Of a stretch of DNA of 64,000 nt, positions 55,306 through 64,000 are shown one piece after another. The position numbers and the translations under genes are program-made. This stretch comes from Candidatus Woesearchaeota archaeon. Its GTDB lineage: Archaea > Nanobdellota > Nanobdellia > Pacearchaeales > UBA284. The notes beneath the pieces were generated by a model. That model was given only the letters and a program-made list of their open reading frames with translations, had not been told where the DNA came from and did no database searches. Numbering within the stretch: position 1 is the stretch's first letter; the number at the start of each line of letters is the position of its first letter. The DNA lies in the NCBI GenBank assembly GCA_964481435.1, contig CAYZTH010000001.1:7992-71991 (forward strand), in the 5' to 3' direction.

Positions 55306-56019
55306 TTAGCCAAATCCGCCTTGTTCAAACTTTTTATAGTATACAAATACAACAACCGCTGCAATTAATATAGCGAATACGACCAAGGCAAATATGTTTG
55401 CTGAAGATATTAAGAATAGCATCAACAAGCTAATGACCAGCACAAATATTGTCATTATCCTTGATCCATTGAATATCTTGAATCCTATTCCCACCGGTAT
55501 TAAAGATAAGACCGCAAGCCAGACCGGGTAGATAGCCAAAGTTCCAAGTCCAACAATTTTCAAAATTACTGCAAAAATTAATGAAGCAACTGGTCCAGAT
55601 AATCCTATCTTGGCAATATCCCTCTCTTCCATCTCATACCACTTCCTCCGCATTCTGGACTGCATTGGTTCGAAGTCAAAAGTAAGTATTGAAGACCAGA
55701 GGAAATGTCCAAGACTTACGAAAAATGAGATTAAAGGCAGGAATAGCCAAATTGGGAAAGCCCACTTTAATTTGAATCTGTCTTCCCACCAGTATCTTCT
55801 GAAAGAGAGTAGTTTTACTTTAATATTACAATTGTAATAATAGGCAGTTATTTTCATTCCTAAGATGAATAAAAAAACCATCACCAAAGAGAATGCAAGA
55901 AGAAGCCATATTTGTGCTGTTTCAAAATAAAGAAATTTTCCCACTATCTTCATAGACATAAGTAGTCCTAAAAGAACTGATGCAACTATCCACGCAACCA
56001 CCTCATCAAAAGTAAACAT
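55306..56019 (-). CDS. hypothetical polytopic membrane protein
   Basis: 237 aa, ~6 TM; adjacent to the FlaI-like ATPase. Confidence 0.3.
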   Translation of the reverse strand: MFTFDEVVAWIVASVLLGLLMSMKIVGKFLYFETAQIWLLLAFSLVMVFLFILGMKITAYYYNCNIKVKLLSFRRYWWEDRFKLKWAFPIWLFLPLISFFVSLGHFLWSSILTFDFEPMQSRMRRKWYEMEERDIAKIGLSGPVASLIFAVILKIVGLGTLAIYPVWLAVLSLIPVGIGFKIFNGSRIMTIFVLVISLLMLFLISSANIFALVVFAILIAAVVVFVYYKKFEQGGFG

Positions 56020-56049
56020 GTTAATTTAATTGATTTTGTATTTATTTAT

Positions 56050-58338
56050 TTATCTATTTTTTTTCAACTCTTTTTTAATCCATTCTTCCCAGTCTTTGTA
56101 GACCCTCTTTCCCTTTGGAAGCCCTATTTCTCTCTCGACTTTTTCAGAAATATCATGAAAAGCATTATTTGATTTTGTCACCCACTCTGCTTCAAGCAGT
56201 TCAGGCATCTTGGCCTTCACACTCATCTCAACAAGAGATTGTTTTATCTTTGCCCTAAGAAGTATATTATCCCAGACAGCATCCCACGAGCCTGCCCACC
56301 CTTTTACATTTGAAGCGATTTCTTTTAGGACTTCTGACTCACCATTTATAAAATCATCAGTTGCTTTTAGATCATCTTTTATGACATCGTACTTCATCAA
56401 GTCCAAGAATCCTTTTTCAGCCAGGGGATCGGTCTGCCAGTGTTTCCTAACTTCTGTAATTTCTAATAATCTTCTCCACCGGTGCATACCATCTGAACTT
56501 TTTATTGGATTTACAACAGCGATTATATCTGTTGCTTTGAAACTTGTGGTTGGAACTTTCAAATCATTTACAACCCTGTCAAAGACACCATAGGCACTAG
56601 CTCCATGAATTGTACCTGCAACAACATTTGCTAAAGCGCCAACTCTCATTGCTTCATATAATGCCAAGGCTTCCTGACTTCTGACTTCTCCAACTATCAA
56701 GCATGAGTCTCCTAATCTTAGTGAAGTCCTAATACCCTCATCCGCAGCCATCTCCGTAGTCTCTCTTGCAAGAGCTTCTCTGACTTTCATTCTTAGAATA
56801 TCATAATTTAGGCCCCTCATTGCAACAACCGGCAACTCCATTGTTCCTTCAATAACAATGACTCTGTACTTGTTCATAATCTCAATCATACAGGCCCCAA
56901 GTAATGATGTTTTTCCTGAGCTTCGTGTTCCAGCTATCAGTAGGGTTCTCCCTCCATCAATTAAAAAACTTAAGAGTCCGGCGGACATGGCATTAAGCAT
57001 CTTATTCTTGATGAATAAGGGCAGAGTCCATGGTTTCTCCCTATGTCTTCTGAAAGCATATGCTAATCCATACGGGCTTAGGGGTTGTTGGATAATTGCT
57101 ACTCTTGCTCTTGCTGTTCCAATTTCTAACTCTGTGTCAAGAACAGGATTAGCTTCATCTAAAGGTCTGCCTGACATCATTCTGAACTTAGCTGCCCATG
57201 AATCAACATCTTCTTGGCTTGGAACAATATTTGTATCACACTCGTCATACTCCTGATGCCTAACAAACATAGGAACTGCTCCTGCAGGACTATTTACCAT
57301 AATATCCTGTAAATTCTCATCCTGCAATAATACCTCAACTAATCCGAAGCCAATTGTGCTTCTGACTAAGATTGTTGCAAGCTTGTTTATCTGCTTGAAA
57401 CCGAGGTCCATTTTTCTTGAAGTAGCAATCTCTTGTAAAAGGTCCTTTGCGATATTAAAAAAAACTTGTCTGATTCTTGAAGGGTCTGTAAATTCTTCAG
57501 ACCTTGGCTTATGCTCTAAGAGAACATTTCTTGCAACATTTACAAGATTCTGCAAGTCCTCATTTAAACCGAACTCAGGTGAATTCAGATGATAGAGATA
57601 TTTAGTTTGATTTGGAATCTTCAGGATAGTTACTGTGCTTCGGTCATAATCTGCCCCAATTTCATATTCATCAATTATCTCCGCATCAGCAGGAATTGAA
57701 GCAACAAGCCTCGTGAATGTAAAGTTTGGGATTACTTCTGCTCTGAAAAGGTCTTGATATATTTTTCTATCTTTTAGTTTGTAATCCTTCATGCCCTCTG
57801 CGGCATTCTTTATCAGTTTGGTCTTTTGCAGCATCAATATTATCTTTGCCAAAAGTCTAAGAAAATCTTCCTGGCACTTAGAACATTCAGGAACAACATT
57901 CGGGACACTCGCTTTCTCTTGTTGATAGATTCTCTTTGCCTCAACATAGCAGGCAATAGGGTCTTGTTTCAATAGAGTCAGGATAAGATATCTCATTGCA
58001 TCATATCTCTTTGCCAGGCATCTTTTGCATGAAAAAGGTGCGAGGGTCGTAGTTAGGAGAATTCGGTCCTGTTTGATAAGCTTTTCATACATTTGTGCAA
58101 TCTCTAGCAGCATCTCCATTTGCCCATAAGGATAACTGTAGTTTCTCTGTTGGACAAAAACAATCTTGGAAGCTGATGGAACTTCAATAAAATAGTCTAT
58201 TGCTCTTGACATGATAACTGCAGAATCCGCAATATCCGGAACTCCGGCAGCGCCCATATAATTTACATAGATTACGTCCTGTCCCGCCTCTCTCTTTATT
58301 TCATAAGCATAGAGCTTAGTATCATTTTTAAACATCAT
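56050..58338 (-). CDS. type II/IV secretion-system ATPase (FlaI/TadA/VirB11 family) with long N-terminal domain
   Basis: Walker A GTRSSGKTS, VIVIEGTMEL, Asp/His boxes LIVGEVRSQEA and GTIHGASA, collinear with T2SS-E ATPases. Confidence 0.6.
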   Translation of the reverse strand: MMFKNDTKLYAYEIKREAGQDVIYVNYMGAAGVPDIADSAVIMSRAIDYFIEVPSASKIVFVQQRNYSYPYGQMEMLLEIAQMYEKLIKQDRILLTTTLAPFSCKRCLAKRYDAMRYLILTLLKQDPIACYVEAKRIYQQEKASVPNVVPECSKCQEDFLRLLAKIILMLQKTKLIKNAAEGMKDYKLKDRKIYQDLFRAEVIPNFTFTRLVASIPADAEIIDEYEIGADYDRSTVTILKIPNQTKYLYHLNSPEFGLNEDLQNLVNVARNVLLEHKPRSEEFTDPSRIRQVFFNIAKDLLQEIATSRKMDLGFKQINKLATILVRSTIGFGLVEVLLQDENLQDIMVNSPAGAVPMFVRHQEYDECDTNIVPSQEDVDSWAAKFRMMSGRPLDEANPVLDTELEIGTARARVAIIQQPLSPYGLAYAFRRHREKPWTLPLFIKNKMLNAMSAGLLSFLIDGGRTLLIAGTRSSGKTSLLGACMIEIMNKYRVIVIEGTMELPVVAMRGLNYDILRMKVREALARETTEMAADEGIRTSLRLGDSCLIVGEVRSQEALALYEAMRVGALANVVAGTIHGASAYGVFDRVVNDLKVPTTSFKATDIIAVVNPIKSSDGMHRWRRLLEITEVRKHWQTDPLAEKGFLDLMKYDVIKDDLKATDDFINGESEVLKEIASNVKGWAGSWDAVWDNILLRAKIKQSLVEMSVKAKMPELLEAEWVTKSNNAFHDISEKVEREIGLPKGKRVYKDWEEWIKKELKKNR

Positions 58339-58490
58339 TTTTGATTATTCAACTCCAGTTCTATTTTCCAGCCTCTTTTTTATCTAATATAAAAGAAAAT
58401 ACTAATTAAAAAACCTTTGTTTGCAAGATAAATATTTAAATCAACTAAACTTAGAGATAATGAAAAATAGGTAAGGATAAATATACAAAT

Positions 58491-58901
58491 ATGGCAACAG
58501 ACCCAAGACAAGCAGGCATGTTAAGTGCAATGCTCTCTCAATTCAGCACAAGAATAAATGACCTTGAAGAGAAACAGAATACACTCCATGAGAAATTAGC
58601 AGTTCTAGGTCAGACCCTGCTTAGCAATAATCAAAGGCTGACTAAAGAGATGGCGATGCTCTCTGATGACATGTCTTCCTTAAAACAAGATATAGAGAAG
58701 ATAAGAAATACCGCCCAGATTCTATTAGAACAGTCTGCAGACTATGCTCGAAAACAAGAACTTTTGACACTTGATAAATATATGAAGGCATGGGAACCAA
58801 TGCAGTATGCAACTCTAGAAGATGTAAAACAGATGTTAAATGCGGCCTTGAAAAACAAAAAGGCCAGTTCAAAAGATAAAATAATTCCTGTTGAAGAATA
58901 A
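58491..58901 (+). CDS. hypothetical coiled-coil protein
   Basis: 136 aa, heptad-rich. Confidence 0.25.
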   Translation: MATDPRQAGMLSAMLSQFSTRINDLEEKQNTLHEKLAVLGQTLLSNNQRLTKEMAMLSDDMSSLKQDIEKIRNTAQILLEQSADYARKQELLTLDKYMKAWEPMQYATLEDVKQMLNAALKNKKASSKDKIIPVEE

Positions 58902-59036
58902 GATAAATAAAGATAAATCAAACAAAGATTATTAATAATAAGATAAATAAAAGAGTTTGCAACGCCGTGAACTTAATAGTTCACCAAACTCTCTAATAGC
59001 ATTCAATATAAACTTAACTCAAACATATACCAAAAA

Positions 59037-59681
59037 ATGACGCGACCAGTTCCAACAAATATTATACTCGAGATGAATAAACGAGGTTACAAAGACGTTG
59101 ATATCTTAAGATATCTCAAGCAAAAGGGTTACACCCCCACTGAAATGAGCGATGGTTTTAATCAGGCTAAGGTCAAGCTCGAACTTGATAGGAATCAGGC
59201 AGCCCAAGAGCAAGAGAATGAATCTGAACCAGTTATCTCTCATTTTCCAAAAGCTCCTCCTGTGGTCCAGAGGCCTGTAAGTTCGGATTCAAGTATTCAG
59301 ATTCTCCAGGTAAAGATGAGATCTCTAGAAGAAAAGCAGAAACAGCAGCTTGCCTATCTTGAAAATCTTAGAAATCAAATAATTAAGAAAATTCAGGAAG
59401 ATAGTTCAAGAATGAAAGAAGTTTCTGCACAAGTCTCGGCTCTGCAGCAAACTTTTTCAAAAGTTCTCCAGCCTCTTGCCTCAAATGTAAAGGCAAAGTC
59501 CGGCATGTTGAAATTAAGTGAAAGTCGTGATGATGAATCAGATTCAGATGAAGACAAAGTTGTGGTCATAAAGGAAACAACAAAGAGTGTCGAGAAGTCA
59601 AAATCAAGGCCAAGGTCAAAATCAGGTTCATCAAAGAAGAAGAAAGAGAAATCAAGTCTAGATGATCAATTTGGAAAATAG
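59037..59681 (+). CDS. hypothetical coiled-coil protein with Ser/Lys-rich acidic tail
   Basis: 214 aa; no enzymatic motif. Confidence 0.25.
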   Translation: MTRPVPTNIILEMNKRGYKDVDILRYLKQKGYTPTEMSDGFNQAKVKLELDRNQAAQEQENESEPVISHFPKAPPVVQRPVSSDSSIQILQVKMRSLEEKQKQQLAYLENLRNQIIKKIQEDSSRMKEVSAQVSALQQTFSKVLQPLASNVKAKSGMLKLSESRDDESDSDEDKVVVIKETTKSVEKSKSRPRSKSGSSKKKKEKSSLDDQFGK

Positions 59682-59682
59682 T

Positions 59683-60345
59683 TTAATTCTTACCTTCCCA
59701 CTCATTCATAAATTCATTTAGATAGTGTTTCATAAACTTGTGTCTTTTGTTGGCAATCTTCTTTGCAGTTTTTGTATTCATCCTGTCTTTTAAGAGGAAT
59801 AGCTTTTCGTGAAAATGATTTATTGAAGCAGAATCTCCATGTTTTTTGTAATCCTCAAAATTTTCATGCGGTCTGGGCTTTGCAGAAGGATCGTAAATAG
59901 GTCTTCCGACCTTGCCCCCATAAGCAAAAGTTCTAGCTATTCCAATCGCGCCAATTCCATCCAATCTGTCTGCGTCCCGGACAATCATGCCCTCTTTGGT
60001 TTTCATTGGTGTTTTTACACTTGCGCCTTTAAAAGAAGTATCTTCAATAATCTGACACACATGATTAATTGTTTTTTCGTCAACTTGAAGGCCCTCTAGC
60101 CATTTTCTTTCAGGATTCTTATCTTTATTTGTGCATTTGTTGAATTTCCAATCTCCAAGATCGTGCAGAAGAGCAGCGAGTTCGATAATGAATAAATCTG
60201 CTTTTTCTTTTTTTCCGATATAAATCGCCAGTTTACAGACTCGGCAAGCATGCCACCAATCATGTCCCGTGCTTTCTCCAGAAAACTTTTCTTTGATATA
60301 TTCTTTTGTTTTTTCAAGAATTTCTTTTTTATCCATATAATTCAA
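59683..60345 (-). CDS. HD-domain phosphohydrolase (paralog of 7115-7705)
   Basis: WHACRV, ALLHDLGD, VRDADRLDGIGAIG, the HD superfamily metal ligands. Confidence 0.7.
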   Translation of the reverse strand: MNYMDKKEILEKTKEYIKEKFSGESTGHDWWHACRVCKLAIYIGKKEKADLFIIELAALLHDLGDWKFNKCTNKDKNPERKWLEGLQVDEKTINHVCQIIEDTSFKGASVKTPMKTKEGMIVRDADRLDGIGAIGIARTFAYGGKVGRPIYDPSAKPRPHENFEDYKKHGDSASINHFHEKLFLLKDRMNTKTAKKIANKRHKFMKHYLNEFMNEWEGKN

Positions 60346-60376
60346 TTAAATAGAAGAATAAAAATCTTTCTAATTT

Positions 60377-61366
60377 CTAGGGTTCTTCGTCATTTATTCC
60401 AGATTCGTGGATGAAGAAAACAACCTCGCTCTCTGGCAGGTTTGGAGCATCAATCATCTTTGCGATTCTTGAGCCTTTCTTTCCTTTTCTTAGGTAGATT
60501 CTATATGTTGAAGCATGACCAACAATATGCCCGCCGATAGCCCTAGTTGGGTCACCAAACATCATTGCAGGATCAGCCATGACCTGGTTTGTTATGTAAA
60601 CTGCCAGATTATTTGCCTCTGCAAGCCTCATTAAATTATGTAAGTGTTTATTCAATCGCTGTTGTCTGTCTGCTAGTTGCCCTCGTCCAGCGAACTCTGC
60701 TCTAAAGTGTGCTGTCAAAGAATCAACAATTAGCAATCTAATTGGTTCTCCCTTCTTAATTAATTCAGAAACTTTGTCAACTAGTAATATCTGATGATCT
60801 GAATTAAATGCTCTTGCAACAAATATATTTTTCAAGGTTTTTGTGAAATCAAGCCCCAATGTATCGCACATGTTTTTGATTCTTTCTGGTCTGAATGTAC
60901 TTTCAGTATCAATCCAGACTGCCTTGCCATTTGCTCCGCCTTTGTCTAAGGGAAGTTGGACATTTACGGCAAGCTGATGGGCAATTTGAGATTTTCCAGA
61001 ACCAAAAGCACCATAGGCCTCGGTTATTGCTCTAGTTTCAACTCCTCCTCCGAGTAATGAATTTAGATTATTTGAACCAGTGGTTATCTTGATCACTTCC
61101 ATTCTTCTTTTAAGATACTCTGTAGCATCCTCAAACTCTAATTTTAGCATCTTTCTAGCAGCTGCAATTGCTTTTCTAGCAGTAGCCTCTGTTAAGTCAG
61201 CTAGGGCCGATAGGTCAGAAGGAGTCATGACTGCCACACTCATTAAATCGCCATAACCTACCTCTTCAAGCTTAGCCGCAGTTGTTGCACCAATGCCTGG
61301 AAGATCAGTAAGCTTTAGTTCTTCAGTTGTTCCAGTTCCCTCTTCTTTCTCTTTTTCTTTGGCCAT
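60377..61366 (-). CDS. radA: DNA repair and recombination protein RadA
   Basis: N-terminal HhH ([21 protein letters not shown]), Walker [15 protein letters not shown], Walker [13 protein letters not shown]. Confidence 0.95.
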   Translation of the reverse strand: MAKEKEKEEGTGTTEELKLTDLPGIGATTAAKLEEVGYGDLMSVAVMTPSDLSALADLTEATARKAIAAARKMLKLEFEDATEYLKRRMEVIKITTGSNNLNSLLGGGVETRAITEAYGAFGSGKSQIAHQLAVNVQLPLDKGGANGKAVWIDTESTFRPERIKNMCDTLGLDFTKTLKNIFVARAFNSDHQILLVDKVSELIKKGEPIRLLIVDSLTAHFRAEFAGRGQLADRQQRLNKHLHNLMRLAEANNLAVYITNQVMADPAMMFGDPTRAIGGHIVGHASTYRIYLRKGKKGSRIAKMIDAPNLPESEVVFFIHESGINDEEP

Positions 61367-61421
61367 GTTCCAATTAATTAATCGGGGTTTATAAGCATTA
61401 TTTTTGTCTAGAATATAGGTT

Positions 61422-61892
61422 CTATAACATAATAAAAGTTAGAACAATGCAAACCAGGGCAAAGAAAGCGAAAAAAATAGCCTCAATCAAGCCACCTGTC
61501 TTGATCTTGCCCTTTATTCTCACTTCAAAAGGCCAAAATAATCCTACTCCGGATTTGGTTGCGCAATCAAGTAAAAGGTGTAATAAATAAAAGAAAGTAG
61601 CAAGTAGAGCATACGCCCAATTCTGGCTTATCAAAAAGGTGATTAGGCCCGCAAGTAAGGCAAAAGCCAGGCTATGGAAAACCTCCCTATGGGCGACAAA
61701 GACATGAAGAAAGTTGCTTAGGGGTTTTGTTTTCTTGCTCATCCACGAGCCCGCAACATCGATATCTGGGAGAAGAGTTGCAATAAAAAATATCAAGAGG
61801 ATTATCCAATTAAAAGAAAAGCCAAAAACCTTTAATTTTAATAGAATCAAGAATATCATCAAGTTGAAGATAAAGTGTGTTCTCGAAAGCAT
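61422..61892 (-). CDS. DUF457-family membrane-bound metal-dependent hydrolase
   Basis: [24 protein letters not shown] motifs, 4 TM. Confidence 0.5.
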   Translation of the reverse strand: MLSRTHFIFNLMIFLILLKLKVFGFSFNWIILLIFFIATLLPDIDVAGSWMSKKTKPLSNFLHVFVAHREVFHSLAFALLAGLITFLISQNWAYALLATFFYLLHLLLDCATKSGVGLFWPFEVRIKGKIKTGGLIEAIFFAFFALVCIVLTFIML

Positions 61893-61897
61893 TTTTT

Positions 61898-62872
61898 CTA
61901 TCCACGTTCTTGAGAAAACTGTTTGATGACCATCTCTGGATTTGTTTTTTCACAGCTTGAGAGTATTATCTCGTCTCTATTGAAAAGAGCATTCTTTTTT
62001 ATCCTGCCTGTGAAAAAGAATTCTGTTCCTAGCATTTCTTCTTTTTTTTCAGTTATGAACAGAGGGTCCTCTAACTTTGAATTATCTTGGAGATTGAAAA
62101 TCTTCAGGATCATATCATTAAAAGCGATTGCCCTCATATTTTCAGAGCCATCGTCGATAATCATATTCATTATTGCTCTTTTTCTAGGCATTACATTTCC
62201 ATGTCTCACACACACAAACTTGTCTCCTTCGGCATTAACCTTCATGTTGCACTCTGGGCAGACATTGAAGAAAGAAAGATTGAACATCTGGAGCATATAT
62301 GCCCTGATACTTGCATTTTCATTGGCTTTGATTTCTTTTATTTTTCTCAGTAAAGGGGCCTCTTTTTGGGTCACTACACTATCAAATTTTACATCACTTA
62401 AAGACAGGTCTGAGCTTGAATTTAGATGCAGGTCTCTGACAGTAGTTCCACGGACATCTGCATTTTTTATGTCAATTACCGCATCTTTTTTTATTGTTCC
62501 ATTTTTGATTAGTTCTATGTCTTTCGTATCCCATAGAACCACCCTGATATTAGAAGTATCATCTGCAATCATGAAGAAAGCGACTTCAGCATCTTGCTGT
62601 TGTCTTTTGAATGTTTTTATGACCGGCGCCTCAATGACCTGGCCAGTAACTGAAATCTTTTTCATCCCTATCATCAAATCATAAATTTTTAATTTCTGCT
62701 TTTCGAAAGAAACTCCAAGTTCAGCAGCCACAATCTGGGCTGCACCCTCATTACTGATAAGTCCAGAGAGCTTCGCCTTTTTAGCCTCGATTCTTCTTGT
62801 GACTTCCTCTTTTTCTAAGCCAGCTAATTTTGATATCTTCTCAATAAGCTGGTCATATGGTGCCTTTATCAT
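61898..62872 (-). CDS. rpa: replication protein A-like ssDNA-binding protein (OB folds plus zinc ribbon)
   Basis: N-terminal ISNEGAAQIVAAELGV, OB-fold IRVVLWD, zinc ribbon CPECN...CVRHG. Confidence 0.7.
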   Translation of the reverse strand: MIKAPYDQLIEKISKLAGLEKEEVTRRIEAKKAKLSGLISNEGAAQIVAAELGVSFEKQKLKIYDLMIGMKKISVTGQVIEAPVIKTFKRQQQDAEVAFFMIADDTSNIRVVLWDTKDIELIKNGTIKKDAVIDIKNADVRGTTVRDLHLNSSSDLSLSDVKFDSVVTQKEAPLLRKIKEIKANENASIRAYMLQMFNLSFFNVCPECNMKVNAEGDKFVCVRHGNVMPRKRAIMNMIIDDGSENMRAIAFNDMILKIFNLQDNSKLEDPLFITEKKEEMLGTEFFFTGRIKKNALFNRDEIILSSCEKTNPEMVIKQFSQERG

Positions 62873-62934
62873 CTTCCTAGAACTCGATTTTTGTTTTTAA
62901 AGTTTTATGTAGTCAAACGCATACATAATTTGAA

Positions 62935-63720
62935 CTATTTCTTCATTGAAAAACTCCAGATTATTGGCCCAGAATCTGCGTCATTTGGATAATCTGCCTT
63001 TGTTTTCAGAGAAAATACCGAGAAATCTCCCTGCTGTTCTAGAGTATCAATCTGCCAAGCCAGAGAGGTAATTGTGCATGGGCTAGAAGGGTCTGATGCA
63101 CAAGTTTTTGCTTGTCCATAAACTTTCTGAATCTCTTCAAGATTATAATTTGTTATATCAATTGAATTTTTTAGTTTAAAGTTGCGTTTTAAAGAATAGC
63201 TGAAGTATGGCCCTGGTTTAGAACTAGTCAATTCAATCTCTTGGCTCTCGCAGACAAGATTACTCCCTTCAATACTGCAAGCTACTTGAATATCTTGATT
63301 AAGATATTTTTTCAGATACTCTTGGATATAATTTGAAGTATCTTGAGAGATTATATAATTTATATAATCTATCTCTGGCTTGCAATTGTCATTCAAAATA
63401 ATTGATGATTCATATAATAAGCACCCCGCATTCTCTTTGTTTATGAAAGAACTTTCCGCAAGAGTCTTTATAGATCGAGATAGGGAGAGCCGCATAGAAT
63501 CCTGAAAATAAAACTTGGGGTTCATATCATTTATTGAATTTGACGAATCTGTTCCAATGCTCTGCCCAACTTTTGGGATTGATACAGTCATTATCCAAAT
63601 AGATAAGCCCAGGAGTACAAGGACGATTATAACCAGCATTCTCCCAAAACCAATGCCCCTTTTATTCTCTATTATTTTATTTGTATTCATTTTTAGTTTT
63701 CTGGATTTATATGCTGCCAT
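62935..63720 (-). CDS. secreted/membrane-anchored hypothetical protein
   Basis: N-terminal TM/signal anchor (MLVIIVLVLLGLSIWIM), several Cys. Confidence 0.3.
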   Translation of the reverse strand: MAAYKSRKLKMNTNKIIENKRGIGFGRMLVIIVLVLLGLSIWIMTVSIPKVGQSIGTDSSNSINDMNPKFYFQDSMRLSLSRSIKTLAESSFINKENAGCLLYESSIILNDNCKPEIDYINYIISQDTSNYIQEYLKKYLNQDIQVACSIEGSNLVCESQEIELTSSKPGPYFSYSLKRNFKLKNSIDITNYNLEEIQKVYGQAKTCASDPSSPCTITSLAWQIDTLEQQGDFSVFSLKTKADYPNDADSGPIIWSFSMKK

Positions 63721-64000
63721 AAAAAGTAATTACCTTGATTAAGATTAATTCTTCTCCGGGAATGTAAAAGCAAACATTTTTTCCAAATTTATCTATTTTT
63801 TTGCATTCATTCACCGCATCGGTGTAGTAGACCTTTGCATCTCCTCCGACATTAACTCTTATTCCGCCTCTCTGATTATATACTTCATATATCTTCCAAA
63901 TTTCCTGATTTAATCTGCTTGTGACAGAAGGATCTCTTTTTCTCACTAAATCTGCGAAAGTTATGCCGTTGACTCTTTCCTGCATCAGTGAATTTAGCAT
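63707..64000 (-). CDS. hypothetical protein, N-terminally truncated by the window edge
   Basis: ORF open to the window end; no motif. Confidence 0.25.
   Translation of the reverse strand: MLNSLMQERVNGITFADLVRKRDPSVTSRLNQEIWKIYEVYNQRGGIRVNVGGDAKVYYTDAVNECKKIDKFGKNVCFYIPGEELILIKVITFYGSI

Noticed and set aside
61923-62684. 253-aa ORF antisense to the RPA gene
   Set aside because: Shadow ORF inside a conserved gene with OB-fold and zinc-ribbon motifs on the other strand. The product is hydrophobic low-complexity.
1-64000. CRISPR arrays, rRNA genes, integrases/transposases
   Set aside because: No regularly spaced short repeats were seen; the only sizeable repeats are the 193-bp pair at 47263/47956 and the ~45-bp promoter duplication at 28193/30005. 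No rRNA-like GC-rich block of the required length. No integrase or transposase motifs next to the tRNAs.

Overview
Low-GC, lysine-rich archaeal chromosome segment with a compact, DPANN-like gene style (an impression, not a computed classification). No rRNA, CRISPR array, integrase or transposase was seen. Core information-processing genes sit at both ends: L13, S9, RpoN, SecF/SecD, SecY, L15, L40e, aIF5A, FtsZ, SecE, Spt5, RadA, RPA, prefoldin and an FKBP. Between them, roughly 15.4-42.3 kb, lies a large surface/N-glycosylation island containing AglB (with its WWDYG motif), an AglH-like GlcNAc-1-P transferase, two Wzx-like flippases, at least eight glycosyltransferases and nucleotide-sugar enzymes. 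Three tRNAs are present: an intron-containing tRNA-Leu(CAA), tRNA-Arg(CCT) and tRNA-Gly(TCC). The most unusual observations are: (1) two paralogous double-motif LAGLIDADG endonuclease genes, each abutting or overlapping the 5' end of a tRNA gene; (2) a ColD/E1-type PLP sugar 3-dehydratase (His-His in place of the Schiff-base Lys) with Gmd, an Fcl/ColC-like enzyme and GT11/GT10 fucosyl-type transferases, suggesting a GDP-colitose-like 3,6-dideoxyhexose; (3) a single 787-aa fusion of an FdtA-like cupin, an RmlD-like reductase and a TylC3/TcaB9-type sugar C-methyltransferase; (4) tandem B12-binding radical SAM paralogs with duplicated promoters; (5) one compositionally foreign, GC-richer gene inside the island; (6) tandem Cys-rich, sequon-rich pilin-like genes sharing a 193-bp near-identical 5' repeat, with a FlaI/VirB11-family ATPase nearby; and (7) a 57-aa L40e gene missed by the ORF track.
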